A stretch of 42,052 nucleotides of DNA. Origin: a virus. How positions within the stretch are numbered: position 1 is the first letter of the stretch; the number at the start of each line of letters is the position of its first letter. Where the stretch lies: UHGV virus genome UHGV-0149441; one strand, written 5' to 3'. Both the position numbers and the translations under genes were made by a program. This document shows positions 1-9,062 of the stretch, piece after piece. The notes under the pieces are model-generated. The model searched no databases, was not told the origin of the DNA, and saw only the letters and a list, made by a program, of their open reading frames with translations.

Positions 1-1283
1 AGTTGTTGATTGAGTTCTATGTTTTCTTGCTCTATTCTTTCCATTTCAGCTACAGGATCTTGTACCCACGAATGATTACCAAGAATAGTTTCTTTAGATA
101 ATAACCCTGTAGAATTCATAGCGATTTGAGAGTTTTCTAACTCATTAACCATTACATTGAAGTTGAATGTAATCTCGATGTCTTGCACTCTCACATCTAA
201 TCTGTAGAAGTCGATAATGTACTGCAATAGCTCTTGTAATGCAGTAAGTGTTTTATTCTTTAGCTTGTTAGCTTTTAAGTCTAAGTTACTGTACATAAAT
301 TTAAGTGCAATACCACTTGGGCTATTACCAAACTTATCTTGTTGGAAGTCTACACCTTGACCAAACTCTATAATGTAATCACGTAACATCTTCGTGTATT
401 CCTTAACAGAGTCAATAGGCACTTCTACTTTAATAGTGTCTACGCCGGAACCACTTTCTCCTGCAACACTAATTGCTTTGTAGTATTTTAGGTTATGCAT
501 GAAGTCTTTCATATCTTCACCTTCATAACCTTTTAAGATATAGATTAACTCTACTGATTCGTCAAAAGTGTTTTGTGTATCTGATAATCGCTTATCTAAC
601 GCATCTATGATTGTCTTATACATGAATAAGTCAGATACTTCTTGCGGGTTGTTCTTGAACGGAATAAAAGGAACACGTCCCCAACTCATCAATTTATTAC
701 CTTGATAATAATGAGGTTGTATATGATCATCACTACGATAGAAATCAGGGATAAGTTGTCCTTCTTTCAACTCATAGAATGTCACATCATCTTTCGTCCA
801 ATACTCAACGCGTTCTGCTCCGTCTAATTCATACACACGGATAAATGCTTGTAATTCATCTCTTTCTTTATTAGTCCAAATAGGAATAGCTTGTTCTGCA
901 GGAACACGAAACGTTTTAAATTCTCCCTCTTCATCTACATAAGGTTGAACCCATTCGATACCTTTATTACTTGCAGCAGTTAATATATCTACTAACTTGT
1001 CATCCCACTTGTGATTAAGTGTGTGTTGTATTTGCTTTAACGCTTTGTCATTATCTACACCAAATGTCACCGGATTAGCTACTGCATAAGCTACTTTCTG
1101 GTCTACTAAGTTTTGATGATAATTTGTGTACATACGCCAGTCTGGTTTAGTTTCATCATAGTCACCGTTCACATCTCTTTTGAAAGGAGCGTCTAGTATA
1201 TCCGGATGATGATTATAATATCTTTCGCCCATCGTGATATTATCTATGTTCTCTTTATGTTCTCTAACTAAGCGCAATATCAT
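1..1283 (-). CDS. Portal protein (SPP1 Gp6-like), 3' end truncated by the window edge. The frame is open from 1388 down to 1; the ATG at 1283..1281 is the nearest in-frame ATG, and a GTG at 1370..1368 is an alternative start.
   Basis: Manual translation of the minus strand found no stop across 1..1388. The gene lies immediately downstream of terL. The ORF track lists no complete minus-strand ORF here, consistent with a gene running off the edge. Confidence 0.6.
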   Translation of the reverse strand, partial: MILRLVREHKENIDNITMGERYYNHHPDILDAPFKRDVNGDYDETKPDWRMYTNYHQNLVDQKVAYAVANPVTFGVDNDKALKQIQHTLNHKWDDKLVDILTAASNKGIEWVQPYVDEEGEFKTFRVPAEQAIPIWTNKERDELQAFIRVYELDGAERVEYWTKDDVTFYELKEGQLIPDFYRSDDHIQPHYYQGNKLMSWGRVPFIPFKNNPQEVSDLFMYKTIIDALDKRLSDTQNTFDESVELIYILKGYEGEDMKDFMHNLKYYKAISVAGESGSGVDTIKVEVPIDSVKEYTKMLRDYIIEFGQGVDFQQDKFGNSPSGIALKFMYSNLDLKANKLKNKTLTALQELLQYIIDFYRLDVRVQDIEITFNFNVMVNELENSQIAMNSTGLLSKETILGNHSWVQDPVAEMERIEQENIELNQQ

Positions 1284-1375
1284 TTCTTCTTGTGTTTCAT
1301 ACTTCGGTTTAATCTGTTCTACCACTTGTTCGTGATATGGTTTATCCCACGGCCAGTTAATGCTAATCACCTCGT

Positions 1376-2638
1376 TTACGTAAGTATGCTAAGTTTATTC
1401 TGCCTCATGTCACGCTCTAGGGCGTATCTAGTGGCGTCAATTGTATGGTCGTTTTTATCTTCTAATTTAGGAATAATATCTCCATCTTTATCAGTTTGAT
1501 AATCTATGTTTTCAAATTCTCTTGCTATATTCGGTGTACGTTTTGGATCTATTATGATAGCTTCTAAATCAGATAACCATTGTTCACCATATTCTCTGCT
1601 ATCAGGTCCTTTTTTAACCGGTCTTACTTTTTTCATGCCATGTTCTTGCTTTAATTCAGCTATTGATTTAGGTTCGGCATGGTCAGCGTAAATGTCGTCT
1701 GACTGATATTTTCTTTTCCACATTTCGTTTGCATATTGCCTATTACTAATCTGAACACCGTAATATTCATCGATAGCGTAAATAACCCGTTTCTTTTTAT
1801 CATAATGCCAACGGACAAACGCTAACGGATCGTCAGCATATCCAAAGTCAAGGCCATTCCTTATGTTGTCAAAACCGTCAATCATTTCTTGGGGTATCGT
1901 TTCTATTTGTAAATTGTTAAACGGTACAACGCCACTCCCTATCGCTTCCCCCATATACTCCCAACGATAACGTTGTTCGTTACGTTCTTTCGCACTCTCT
2001 GCCTCTTGTATAAACTGTTTAGATATAAAAGGGTTATCTAAGTACGTTGAATGATGTACGAATGTATTATCCGGTTGGAATGAGGTTTCGTATTTTTTGT
2101 TAACCCACGATTGTTTTCTCTTAGGTGGATTGTAGCTAAAGAAAAACTTGTAGAACAATCCGTCATCTAATTCACCACGTAGCATAGAGTTAGTAATTGT
2201 TGTAACTTCGTCCTCTGTCTTAAATTCTGCCAACTCCTCTATCCACATGATAGAAAAAGGGAACCGACTATCTTTTAACGACTTTAATCGTTCAGGGTTC
2301 TGTGCCCCTCTAAAGATAATCCGATTCCCTCTGGGTACATATGTGATTTCCATTGGCGACACTTTAACTTTGAACAGGTGTGACACCTTTTGTTCTTCTA
2401 TCGCCCACTTGATTTGTTCAAACACTGATGTAGCTAATGTATTATCTGTCTTACGTACTACAACTGCATTCATAGGATAACGCATGATTAACTGTGTAAT
2501 GATAATAGATATGTCAGATGACTTACCACTACCACGTCCACCTTTAGCTACTATGTTGAGTTTCTCTCTATCCTTAGTTGCCTTCCATAAGCTATGAAAG
2601 TGTTTAGGTAACAGTTCGGACAGTTTAATTGATATCAT
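1376..2638 (-). CDS. terL: Terminase large subunit
   Basis: 420 aa with a Walker A motif GGRGSGKS near the N-terminus. Its start overlaps the stop of the upstream terS. Confidence 0.85.
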   Translation of the reverse strand: MISIKLSELLPKHFHSLWKATKDREKLNIVAKGGRGSGKSSDISIIITQLIMRYPMNAVVVRKTDNTLATSVFEQIKWAIEEQKVSHLFKVKVSPMEITYVPRGNRIIFRGAQNPERLKSLKDSRFPFSIMWIEELAEFKTEDEVTTITNSMLRGELDDGLFYKFFFSYNPPKRKQSWVNKKYETSFQPDNTFVHHSTYLDNPFISKQFIQEAESAKERNEQRYRWEYMGEAIGSGVVPFNNLQIETIPQEMIDGFDNIRNGLDFGYADDPLAFVRWHYDKKKRVIYAIDEYYGVQISNRQYANEMWKRKYQSDDIYADHAEPKSIAELKQEHGMKKVRPVKKGPDSREYGEQWLSDLEAIIIDPKRTPNIAREFENIDYQTDKDGDIIPKLEDKNDHTIDATRYALERDMRQNKLSILT

Positions 2639-3005
2639 CGTCGAAATGCACCGTCGCAGTCGTTTCGATTTGTTGTCTTTCTACAGGAGTATAACCTGTA
2701 CGATCCAATATATCTTTAGAGGCTTGATAGCGTACTAGCTCACTTTTAGCGTCTAATAAGTTAATCATCGTTTGTAAGGCTTTAGGTACCTGCTTAGACA
2801 AATGCTCTGCTTGGTAACCTTTAAAGCCTTCTCTGAATTTATCATTATGTTTCCAACGAGATATAGTAGAACGGTTAACGTCAATTTCAGCAGCTATTTC
2901 TCCCTCTGCTAAATCTGTTTCGTTCTTCAAGCGTATATATTCTTGTTGCTTCTTGGTTAATTCTAAGTACGCCCCGAATGTTGCGTTATTTTGCATGTTA
3001 GTCAT
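2625..3005 (-). CDS. terS: Terminase small subunit with an HTH motif
   Basis: 126 aa with an HTH-like segment (RSTISRWKHN), positioned directly upstream of and overlapping terL. Confidence 0.6.
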   Translation of the reverse strand: MTNMQNNATFGAYLELTKKQQEYIRLKNETDLAEGEIAAEIDVNRSTISRWKHNDKFREGFKGYQAEHLSKQVPKALQTMINLLDAKSELVRYQASKDILDRTGYTPVERQQIETTATVHFDDDIN

Positions 3006-3453
3006 CGTATATTACCACCTACTTTACGTTATGCACTCTTTATATTTTTAAAAAAGACACTGCGTAAACAGTGCCTAATGATTATGTTTTGTTATTTATT
3101 TGAGTTTATGTACTCATGTCACACCTCTATGTCACATCAATACATAAAATAAGTTACCCGTGTGTTCTCACGGATAACTTATTAAGGGAGGAGAAAAATT
3201 ACATGTTAAGTATTCATATCATCGTATCGGAAGCCGTGTTGTAAGATTCAATAAAACTACCCGCCACTCTGACGGATAGTTAAGCAATCGGATGTGCAAC
3301 GTCTAATCAAGGACGATAAACACTTATCCAATCACTTCGATATTGAATACCTCACCATAGTGCGAAAGGATAAACACTATGTCTTGTGAGGTAATTCTTA
3401 CAATATCATAATACACCGATTATAAACGGACTTACACACTTCAAAAGTCCACC
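3006..3453 (-). promoter_or_regulatory. Non-coding region between the late activator gene and terS. It probably contains the late-operon promoter or activator target.
   Basis: About 450 bp without an ORF of 60 aa or more. It has a direct repeat ATGTCACA at 3115-3122 and 3129-3136, and a hairpin at 3151-3180. Confidence 0.4.
3130..3180 (-). terminator. Putative rho-independent terminator on the minus strand (stem AAGTTATCCGTG/CACGGGTAACTT followed by ATTTTATG)
   Basis: Imperfect inverted repeat at 3151-3180 with a U-rich tract downstream on the minus strand. It separates early and late transcription. Confidence 0.35.
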
Positions 3454-3870
3454 CTACACATAACCTATGAATTCTGCCAATCTATTTATCATCGCGTCAC
3501 GTCGTCTTAATATGCTCGTCTTACTTGTACCGAAGTAGTCAGCTATATCCTCCCACTCACTGCAACCAATCGGACATTCCCAATATCTCAAACGCATTAA
3601 GTCTTGTGTATCTTCGTCCGATTCATAAATAAGTTTGTCTACACCTTTTACAATGTTACGTAAGTTGTTATAACGATTGTCACTTAACTTCTTAATTGAT
3701 TCTCTCTCAATAGGATTGCCTGGTATATTACTCTTACCTGCGCCTACATTCTCGGGTTCGTGGTTTTCTAGTAGTTCATACTCTCTTACTTTTAACTCTC
3801 GTCTGTAGCGTTCTATGTTCTTGATATAATCTTCTAACTTCTTTATATCATGTCGTTCAATCGTTATCAT
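3454..3870 (-). CDS. Late-gene transcriptional activator, ArpU/RinA family
   Basis: 138 aa. Its position immediately upstream of terS and its sigma-like C-terminus (ILRRRDAMINRLAEFIGY) match RinA-like activators of Staphylococcus phages. Confidence 0.55.
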   Translation of the reverse strand: MITIERHDIKKLEDYIKNIERYRRELKVREYELLENHEPENVGAGKSNIPGNPIERESIKKLSDNRYNNLRNIVKGVDKLIYESDEDTQDLMRLRYWECPIGCSEWEDIADYFGTSKTSILRRRDAMINRLAEFIGYV

Positions 3871-3887
3871 ACTTACCCTCCATTCCT

Positions 3888-4109
3888 TTAGTTTCCTTTT
3901 TTATTAATTCGCTTTTTGTATTCTTCGTACTTTAAATTTTGAAAATCATTACCGCCGTCATATTCATCCATTTTACTTAATATACTTTCTAAAGCTACAA
4001 TTTCACCGATTTTAACATGGGTACTACGGTCTTTATCGTTTTGCATCATCAAAATTAAACTAAGAACTAGAGTTTTTAATTTAATCCACTTGGATTTATA
4101 AAACATCAC
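3888..4109 (-). CDS. Hypothetical small protein. The ORF begins GTG then ATG, and the real start is probably the ATG at 4106.
   Basis: ORF in the early operon. Confidence 0.4.
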   Translation of the reverse strand: MMFYKSKWIKLKTLVLSLILMMQNDKDRSTHVKIGEIVALESILSKMDEYDGGNDFQNLKYEEYKKRINKKGN

Positions 4110-4250
4110 TTACCCTCCATTCTCCAACTTATCTTTAAGTCTTTTGACCTCATACTCTTTCACTTCTAACTGATGTTTTAGATCATTCTGTTCAAGTATC
4201 GAACCGAATAGAAGCAACACCAATATAATGATTGCTATTACACCCCACAT
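4110..4250 (-). CDS. Small membrane protein of 46 aa (MWGVIAIIILVLLLFGSILEQ...)
   Basis: Manual translation; RBS GAGGTGG lies 8 nt upstream. It has a hydrophobic N-terminus, and its stop abuts the next gene's start. Confidence 0.35.
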   Translation of the reverse strand: MWGVIAIIILVLLLFGSILEQNDLKHQLEVKEYEVKRLKDKLENGG

Positions 4251-4681
4251 TGTTTGACCACCTCTAAATTAGGTTTGTGTTGTAGTACTTGTCCTCCACT
4301 TTTTGTAGCATGTGCTTTTGCCTCTGATAAGCTACGGAAAATACTAGCTTGCTCTAATCCTACAAACGTAAAATAAATACCATCGAAATGATCAGCTATT
4401 TCTATATGATTTGGTATATACATTTTCTTTAAAAATATATCTTTATTAACCTCGACAACATAAGTGCCTTGTTCGTTATTATCCTTATTTTTCAACCAAG
4501 ATACCTCTCTTTCTAAATGTAACTTATCTAATTGCAATCCATGTTTATCTTCCTGTAACTCATTAACTTTTTTTCTCTGCTTTAATCCACTTATATATAT
4601 AGCAAAAATACACAGTACTAACACAATTGTTACCGATAAAAAACTTATCCAAATCACTTTAATAACCTCCGTATATGCCAT
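4238..4681 (-). CDS. Membrane-anchored coiled-coil protein (one N-terminal TM segment)
   Basis: 147 aa with a hydrophobic segment at residues 9-32. Confidence 0.5.
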   Translation of the reverse strand: MAYTEVIKVIWISFLSVTIVLVLCIFAIYISGLKQRKKVNELQEDKHGLQLDKLHLEREVSWLKNKDNNEQGTYVVEVNKDIFLKKMYIPNHIEIADHFDGIYFTFVGLEQASIFRSLSEAKAHATKSGGQVLQHKPNLEVVKQCGV

Positions 4682-4829
4682 TTAAATGAGCGTGGTCGTG
4701 TTCGTCGAAGTCCTTAGGCACTTCCACCTCATCATTTGCAGTTAACTTATAGTACAACTCTCTACCAATCCATTTACCTAACTCGTACATTGCGATAGTG
4801 AACCATATCTTTAATATGCGTTTAATCAT
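4659..4829 (-). CDS. Small hypothetical protein of 56 aa
   Basis: Manual translation. Its start overlaps the stop of the upstream small ORF as ATGATTAA, and its end overlaps the 4238-4681 start. Confidence 0.3.
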   Translation of the reverse strand: MIKRILKIWFTIAMYELGKWIGRELYYKLTANDEVEVPKDFDEHDHAHLNGIYGGY

Positions 4830-4974
4830 CTAAATCATCTCCATGTTCGATATATTCTATAACGTGTTCCAACGCTGATTTATAAGTAAGTGTTATTGAA
4901 TCTTCCTGCTTTGATTCTTCAATATCGCTAATTACACTTTTTAATTTTCCAATTACTTCTTCACTACTTTTCAT
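4822..4974 (-). CDS. Small acidic hypothetical protein of 50 aa
   Basis: Manual translation; RBS TAAGGAG lies upstream and the gene is translationally coupled to the next ORF. Confidence 0.3.
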   Translation of the reverse strand: MKSSEEVIGKLKSVISDIEESKQEDSITLTYKSALEHVIEYIEHGDDLDD

Positions 4975-4986
4975 TCCGTTCACTCC

Positions 4987-5190
4987 TTATCCCAATCTTT
5001 CTTGCAAACGATATAGTTTTCTAAGTTGTAATCTATCGTGCTGACTTAATATACGCTTTGCTTTCTCTTCTGCTTCTTCCTTATCCTCTGCTTCTACAAG
5101 TGTCATTTTCTCGTTAAATCTAGCTTGCTCGATGTGCTTGTGTATATGGCTTGTGCTATCTGTGAATTCTCTGATTAGGAATTGTTTCAC
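4987..5190 (-). CDS. Hypothetical basic coiled-coil protein
   Basis: ORF of 67 aa. Confidence 0.4.
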   Translation of the reverse strand: MKQFLIREFTDSTSHIHKHIEQARFNEKMTLVEAEDKEEAEEKAKRILSQHDRLQLRKLYRLQERLG

Positions 5191-5226
5191 TTCCCCAGCA
5201 CCTCTTTCACTTTTTCTAATATGTCT

Positions 5227-5649
5227 TTACTCCCCTGTGCTTCCGTATGCTCCACGTTCTGATTCTTCATCAAACTCTTGCACCTCCGTTGGCTCTGGTA
5301 ACATTACTGGCGCAATGACTAATTGTGCTAAACGTGTACCTGCTTTAACTACGATTGCCTCATCACCGATATTGTCTGTGATAATTCCAATTTCTTTGTT
5401 ATAAGTGTGATCGATTGTACCTAACGCTACACGTAACTTAGTTTTAAGTGAATTACCTGAACGTGGTCTCACTTGCGCCTCATATCCATATGCTAAATCA
5501 ATTGCAATGTGTGTTGGTACTACGACTGTACTATGTGCTGGAATTGTTGTATCTTCTGCGACATATAAATCTAATCCACTATCTGTTGGATTTGCTCTCG
5601 TTGGCAAGATTGCATTTTCTGATAATAATTTAATTGGTAAAATTCCCAT
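5227..5649 (-). CDS. dut: dUTP pyrophosphatase (trimeric dUTPase)
   Basis: 140 aa with dUTPase motifs (PTRANPTDSGLDLY, RSG, GTIDHTY, GSTG). Confidence 0.85.
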   Translation of the reverse strand: MGILPIKLLSENAILPTRANPTDSGLDLYVAEDTTIPAHSTVVVPTHIAIDLAYGYEAQVRPRSGNSLKTKLRVALGTIDHTYNKEIGIITDNIGDEAIVVKAGTRLAQLVIAPVMLPEPTEVQEFDEESERGAYGSTGE

Positions 5650-5868
5650 TTATTGTTCCTCCAAATCTTTTCTTTTATTCCAAATTTTTATAAGTTTTTC
5701 TGCATTATTGGTATGAACGTGCATCCATGTAGACGGTTGTATTTTGCAATTTTTATTAGTACATTCAATTAATAATGTATTAAAGCTATAACGTATATCC
5801 GGTAGACCACCACAAAATGGACATGGTTTAAATTTTGGACTACTCATCACTACCACGCTCCAAATCAC
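5650..5868 (-). CDS. Lar-family restriction-alleviation protein homologue (zinc ribbon)
   Basis: 72 aa; KPCPFCGG ... IECTNKNC ... WNKR matches the Lar_restr_allev signature (KPCPFCGG...IEC.NC...AI..WNRR). Confidence 0.55.
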   Translation of the reverse strand: MIWSVVVMSSPKFKPCPFCGGLPDIRYSFNTLLIECTNKNCKIQPSTWMHVHTNNAEKLIKIWNKRKDLEEQ

Positions 5869-6298
5869 TTATTTTATATTTTATAGCTTTAAATGCAGTC
5901 AGTAAGTTTCCAAAGTATTCAAACTCATTAGAATTTGATGCAAACTCTTGTCTTGTAGTTAACGTTTCTATTTTGTCTAATGTATATTCTTTTATCTCAT
6001 CAAACACCTCTGCCTTACGTTTAATATCTGCAATATCATTGATGAGTTCGTCGCGTTGTTTTTTAAACGACTTACACTGTTTAAATAATTCATGTATGAG
6101 CATTTCTTCTTTACTCATTACTTTTGATGTATGAGTTTGTAAAGGTGAATAAAAATCTAATATAAGCTGCCAACGTAAATCTACTGATCGTTTTGATGCG
6201 TCCACTAATTCACCAAATACACCGTCGTAGTCTAAATGGTTATTTTTAATATATTCCAATATCTTTTCTTTACTTTTCTCTGTCATCAACCATAGCAC
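5840..6298 (-). CDS. Hypothetical protein
   Basis: 152 aa ORF overlapping the Lar-like gene start. Confidence 0.45.
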   Translation of the reverse strand: MLWLMTEKSKEKILEYIKNNHLDYDGVFGELVDASKRSVDLRWQLILDFYSPLQTHTSKVMSKEEMLIHELFKQCKSFKKQRDELINDIADIKRKAEVFDEIKEYTLDKIETLTTRQEFASNSNEFEYFGNLLTAFKAIKYKISDLERGSDE

Positions 6299-6671
6299 CG
6301 TCCTTCCAAATTAAAGTCATTGTGCCGTCGTCGTTTAAGATATAATAGTTATAATCACTTCTATCTAAAAACTGTCCGATACTACAATTGAAATTTATAT
6401 TAACTTCATTTAAATTGTTTCTATTGATAGATACTAATTTAGGTATCTCCGTTTCTTTCGTAATTTCTTCTTCAATTTCTACTGTGAAAGTGCATGAATG
6501 CGGGTTATAACTTATAACTTCATTTGCAATTATTTCTGGATCGAATGAGTAGTGTTCTTCGTTGTAATTAAACGTATAACCGTCTAACTCTACTTCCGTT
6601 TCTTCCTGCTCTAATAAATGCTTTAAAAATTCTTTAGGTGTCATCTCTACCTTACGTTTAATCTTTGCCAT
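6270..6671 (-). CDS. Hypothetical protein, paralogue of 8688-9062
   Basis: 133 aa. It shares MxKIKRKVEMT, FTVEIxEEITxxTxIP and MTLIWKxG motifs with the 124-aa ORF. Confidence 0.5.
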   Translation of the reverse strand: MAKIKRKVEMTPKEFLKHLLEQEETEVELDGYTFNYNEEHYSFDPEIIANEVISYNPHSCTFTVEIEEEITKETEIPKLVSINRNNLNEVNINFNCSIGQFLDRSDYNYYILNDDGTMTLIWKDGAMVDDREK

Positions 6672-6855
6672 TCCTTACACACTCCCTGTTCCTTTTTATG
6701 TCACACTCACTAACTTTCATCGTCACTCTACTTCCTGCTACCTTAACCACAAAGCCTTTAACACCTAGCTGTCGTAATTCACGCTGTATCTCTGTAGGTG
6801 TCTTGCCTTGTGTGTTGTATTTGTATCGTTGAGATACCGTGTCACTTAGCAGCAT
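6658..6855 (-). CDS. Hypothetical small basic protein
   Basis: 65 aa ORF in an operon context. Confidence 0.35.
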   Translation of the reverse strand: MLLSDTVSQRYKYNTQGKTPTEIQRELRQLGVKGFVVKVAGSRVTMKVSECDIKRNRECVRNGKD

Positions 6856-7456
6856 TTATTTTGTCCTTAACTTCTTTTTGTTTGTGTAATAATTTAACAA
6901 AGTTGATTCCTGCTTTAGTCAGGTCGCGATCAGTCGACGTTAAATTAAGTTTGTTAATGCGCACTAATTCTTTACGACTTACCAATGCTATATTTTCTTC
7001 GCTACAGTCTGACCTGTTTTGATTCAAATGTATTAAACAATATCCTTTGGGCACAGGTCCGTGCTTTTGTTCCCATAAATAATGTGTGTATTGTTTCCAG
7101 CATTCGTTTTTTGAACCTCGTTTTTTGATTTTTATAAACTTATAACCGTCAGTAGTGATTTTTATCGTTCCTAAAGGAAATGTGTTATCGGGCTTTTGTC
7201 CTTTCTTAAATTGAGTTTCAGCGCTTCTACCTCTGGAAGGAAAGCTTTTACCTTTGTTCCAAGAAGGCACACCTTTTTTAAACTTACAATCAACCCCACT
7301 TCTTATCCTTTTTCTCGAACAAAACCCTTTCATTTTATCTGTAGTAACATCAGTGCCAAACTCCTTATTAAACATTTCTGTCATTTCTTTCTTAGTTTTA
7401 CCTTTGATGTTATTACGAATATATTTTTCATGCTCATCAGTCCATACATGTCTCAT
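6842..7456 (-). CDS. HNH endonuclease (HNH_3-like)
   Basis: 204 aa with a C-terminal IHLNQNRSDCSEENIALVSRKE HNH motif. Confidence 0.6.
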   Translation of the reverse strand: MRHVWTDEHEKYIRNNIKGKTKKEMTEMFNKEFGTDVTTDKMKGFCSRKRIRSGVDCKFKKGVPSWNKGKSFPSRGRSAETQFKKGQKPDNTFPLGTIKITTDGYKFIKIKKRGSKNECWKQYTHYLWEQKHGPVPKGYCLIHLNQNRSDCSEENIALVSRKELVRINKLNLTSTDRDLTKAGINFVKLLHKQKEVKDKINAAK

Positions 7457-7461
7457 GGCTA

Positions 7462-7716
7462 TTACTCTCCTAACAACTTAGGGATTTCTGATTCTGCATC
7501 TAATTTTTCATCTTTAAACTTTTGTGCTTGCAGCACTAAACTGCCATTATTAATGATATTTTGAGCTACTTTAGAAACTGCACTAGATCTTTGTAACTCC
7601 TCTTTTAATTCTTCGCCTTTTAAATCTTCATCGCTTACTCTTTCTAATTGTGCAAATAAATGATTGTTTAAATCTGTCAATGTGTTTCTCATTTCATTAA
7701 CCCTCCCACTTCTCAA
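7462..7716 (-). CDS. Hypothetical coiled-coil protein
   Basis: 84 aa ORF. Confidence 0.4.
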   Translation of the reverse strand: MRSGRVNEMRNTLTDLNNHLFAQLERVSDEDLKGEELKEELQRSSAVSKVAQNIINNGSLVLQAQKFKDEKLDAESEIPKLLGE

Positions 7717-8140
7717 ATGCTCTGTTTAGATACCAACGTGCTTTGTCTAAATCTTCTTTACCGTTCTTACGATTAGCTCGACTTATATACTTGATTGCAT
7801 TACCAATCGCAAATGCTAACTCTGGTTTGTAATCTTTAGTGACTTGCTCTATGAAGTCTATAATTTCCATATCTCCATACGTGTAATGCGACGGGTGGTT
7901 AACCTTGTCATCTAATGTCTTTTTAGTTCCTTCATTTCCATTAGGTAATGAGTAAAAATCATAACAATCATCAATAGTCCAAGTTCTCCCGTCAATTGCT
8001 TCTACATCAGCAACCCATCTATCTATATCAAGACTTGACTGAACTAAACGATAAACATTTTTTATTTGCACTGTAATTTCAACACCGTTAACTTCTTGGA
8101 TTCTGATTCTATCGCCTATAATCAAATCTTTAATGCTCAT
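7697..8140 (-). CDS. DUF3310-like phage protein
   Basis: 147 aa with the NHPSHY...MEIIDFIEQ motif typical of DUF3310. Confidence 0.5.
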   Translation of the reverse strand: MSIKDLIIGDRIRIQEVNGVEITVQIKNVYRLVQSSLDIDRWVADVEAIDGRTWTIDDCYDFYSLPNGNEGTKKTLDDKVNHPSHYTYGDMEIIDFIEQVTKDYKPELAFAIGNAIKYISRANRKNGKEDLDKARWYLNRAFEKWEG

Positions 8141-8496
8141 GATCTAACCACCTTTCTAGGGAAGATGTCATTTTCCATAAGGTGCGTGCACCATTTACCA
8201 CGAGGGTGTTTTTGAGGCACTGTGAATAAATGTGGTTTCTTACGTTTCAATTCTTGTAATCTGCGTTGCTCCATTCTCTCTTTATAACTAGCAATTTCGT
8301 CCTCTTTAGGTTTCAAACTATCCCACTCACTACGTCTTACTCCAATAGGTGCTTCTATTGCATCTTCAAACTTCCAACCAGAAGCTAATCTTTGTCTTAA
8401 GATATCTGAATTAATATCTGCTTTTTTCATTTTCTCTACTACATCTGGTGTAATAGAGAAGTATTTATTTTTAACTCTCATTTTTGTCGCTTCCAT
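8137..8496 (-). CDS. Hypothetical protein
   Basis: 119 aa ORF. Confidence 0.4.
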   Translation of the reverse strand: MEATKMRVKNKYFSITPDVVEKMKKADINSDILRQRLASGWKFEDAIEAPIGVRRSEWDSLKPKEDEIASYKERMEQRRLQELKRKKPHLFTVPQKHPRGKWCTHLMENDIFPRKVVRS

Positions 8497-8688
8497 TCAC
8501 TCCACCTCTACCAATTCAATTAGTTTAAAATCTTCGCTCATTAACTCTTTTTCAGGATTCTTACTGATTAAATCTAAAATGCGTTCCTTTTCATCACTTG
8601 CAGTAATTTGATTGTTTACCCAAACTGGATACTTACATCTAACTTTCATTGTTGCTTCGACTGTGACTGTTTCTTCTCTATTAGCCAT
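8497..8688 (-). CDS. Hypothetical small protein
   Basis: 63 aa ORF. Confidence 0.35.
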   Translation of the reverse strand: MANREETVTVEATMKVRCKYPVWVNNQITASDEKERILDLISKNPEKELMSEDFKLIELVEVE

Positions 8689-9062
8689 TACTCATCACCG
8701 ACCAATTCGCCATATTTCCAGATGAGTGTCATTGTATTTCCGTCTTTTAACCAGAATTCTCTACTAAAGTCGTCTTTTACTTGTTCAATAGAATTCCCGA
8801 ACCATTGCGTTGCATCATTATCTTGAAATATCTCAAGCATTTCTGGAATTTTTGTATTTTCAGTAATCTCTTCTCCAATTTCTACTGTGAAAGTTTCATC
8901 TTTATCAACTTCATGCTCTATAAAAACTCTTTCGGCCATATCAAAATGCACATAATGACCATCAATATTGCTATAAAACATTTCACTTTTAATTCCATTC
9001 TTCCATGCCCATGTAATCAACTCTGGTAATGTCATTTCAACTTTCTTTTTAATCTTTACCAT
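8688..9062 (-). CDS. Hypothetical protein, paralogue of 6270-6671
   Basis: 124 aa with shared motifs as described for 6270-6671. Confidence 0.5.
   Translation of the reverse strand: MVKIKKKVEMTLPELITWAWKNGIKSEMFYSNIDGHYVHFDMAERVFIEHEVDKDETFTVEIGEEITENTKIPEMLEIFQDNDATQWFGNSIEQVKDDFSREFWLKDGNTMTLIWKYGELVGDE

Noticed and set aside
3203-3244. 13-codon plus-strand ORF with an SD (GGGAGGAG) after the hairpin
   Set aside because: It is too short and oriented against the surrounding transcription; likely a chance match.
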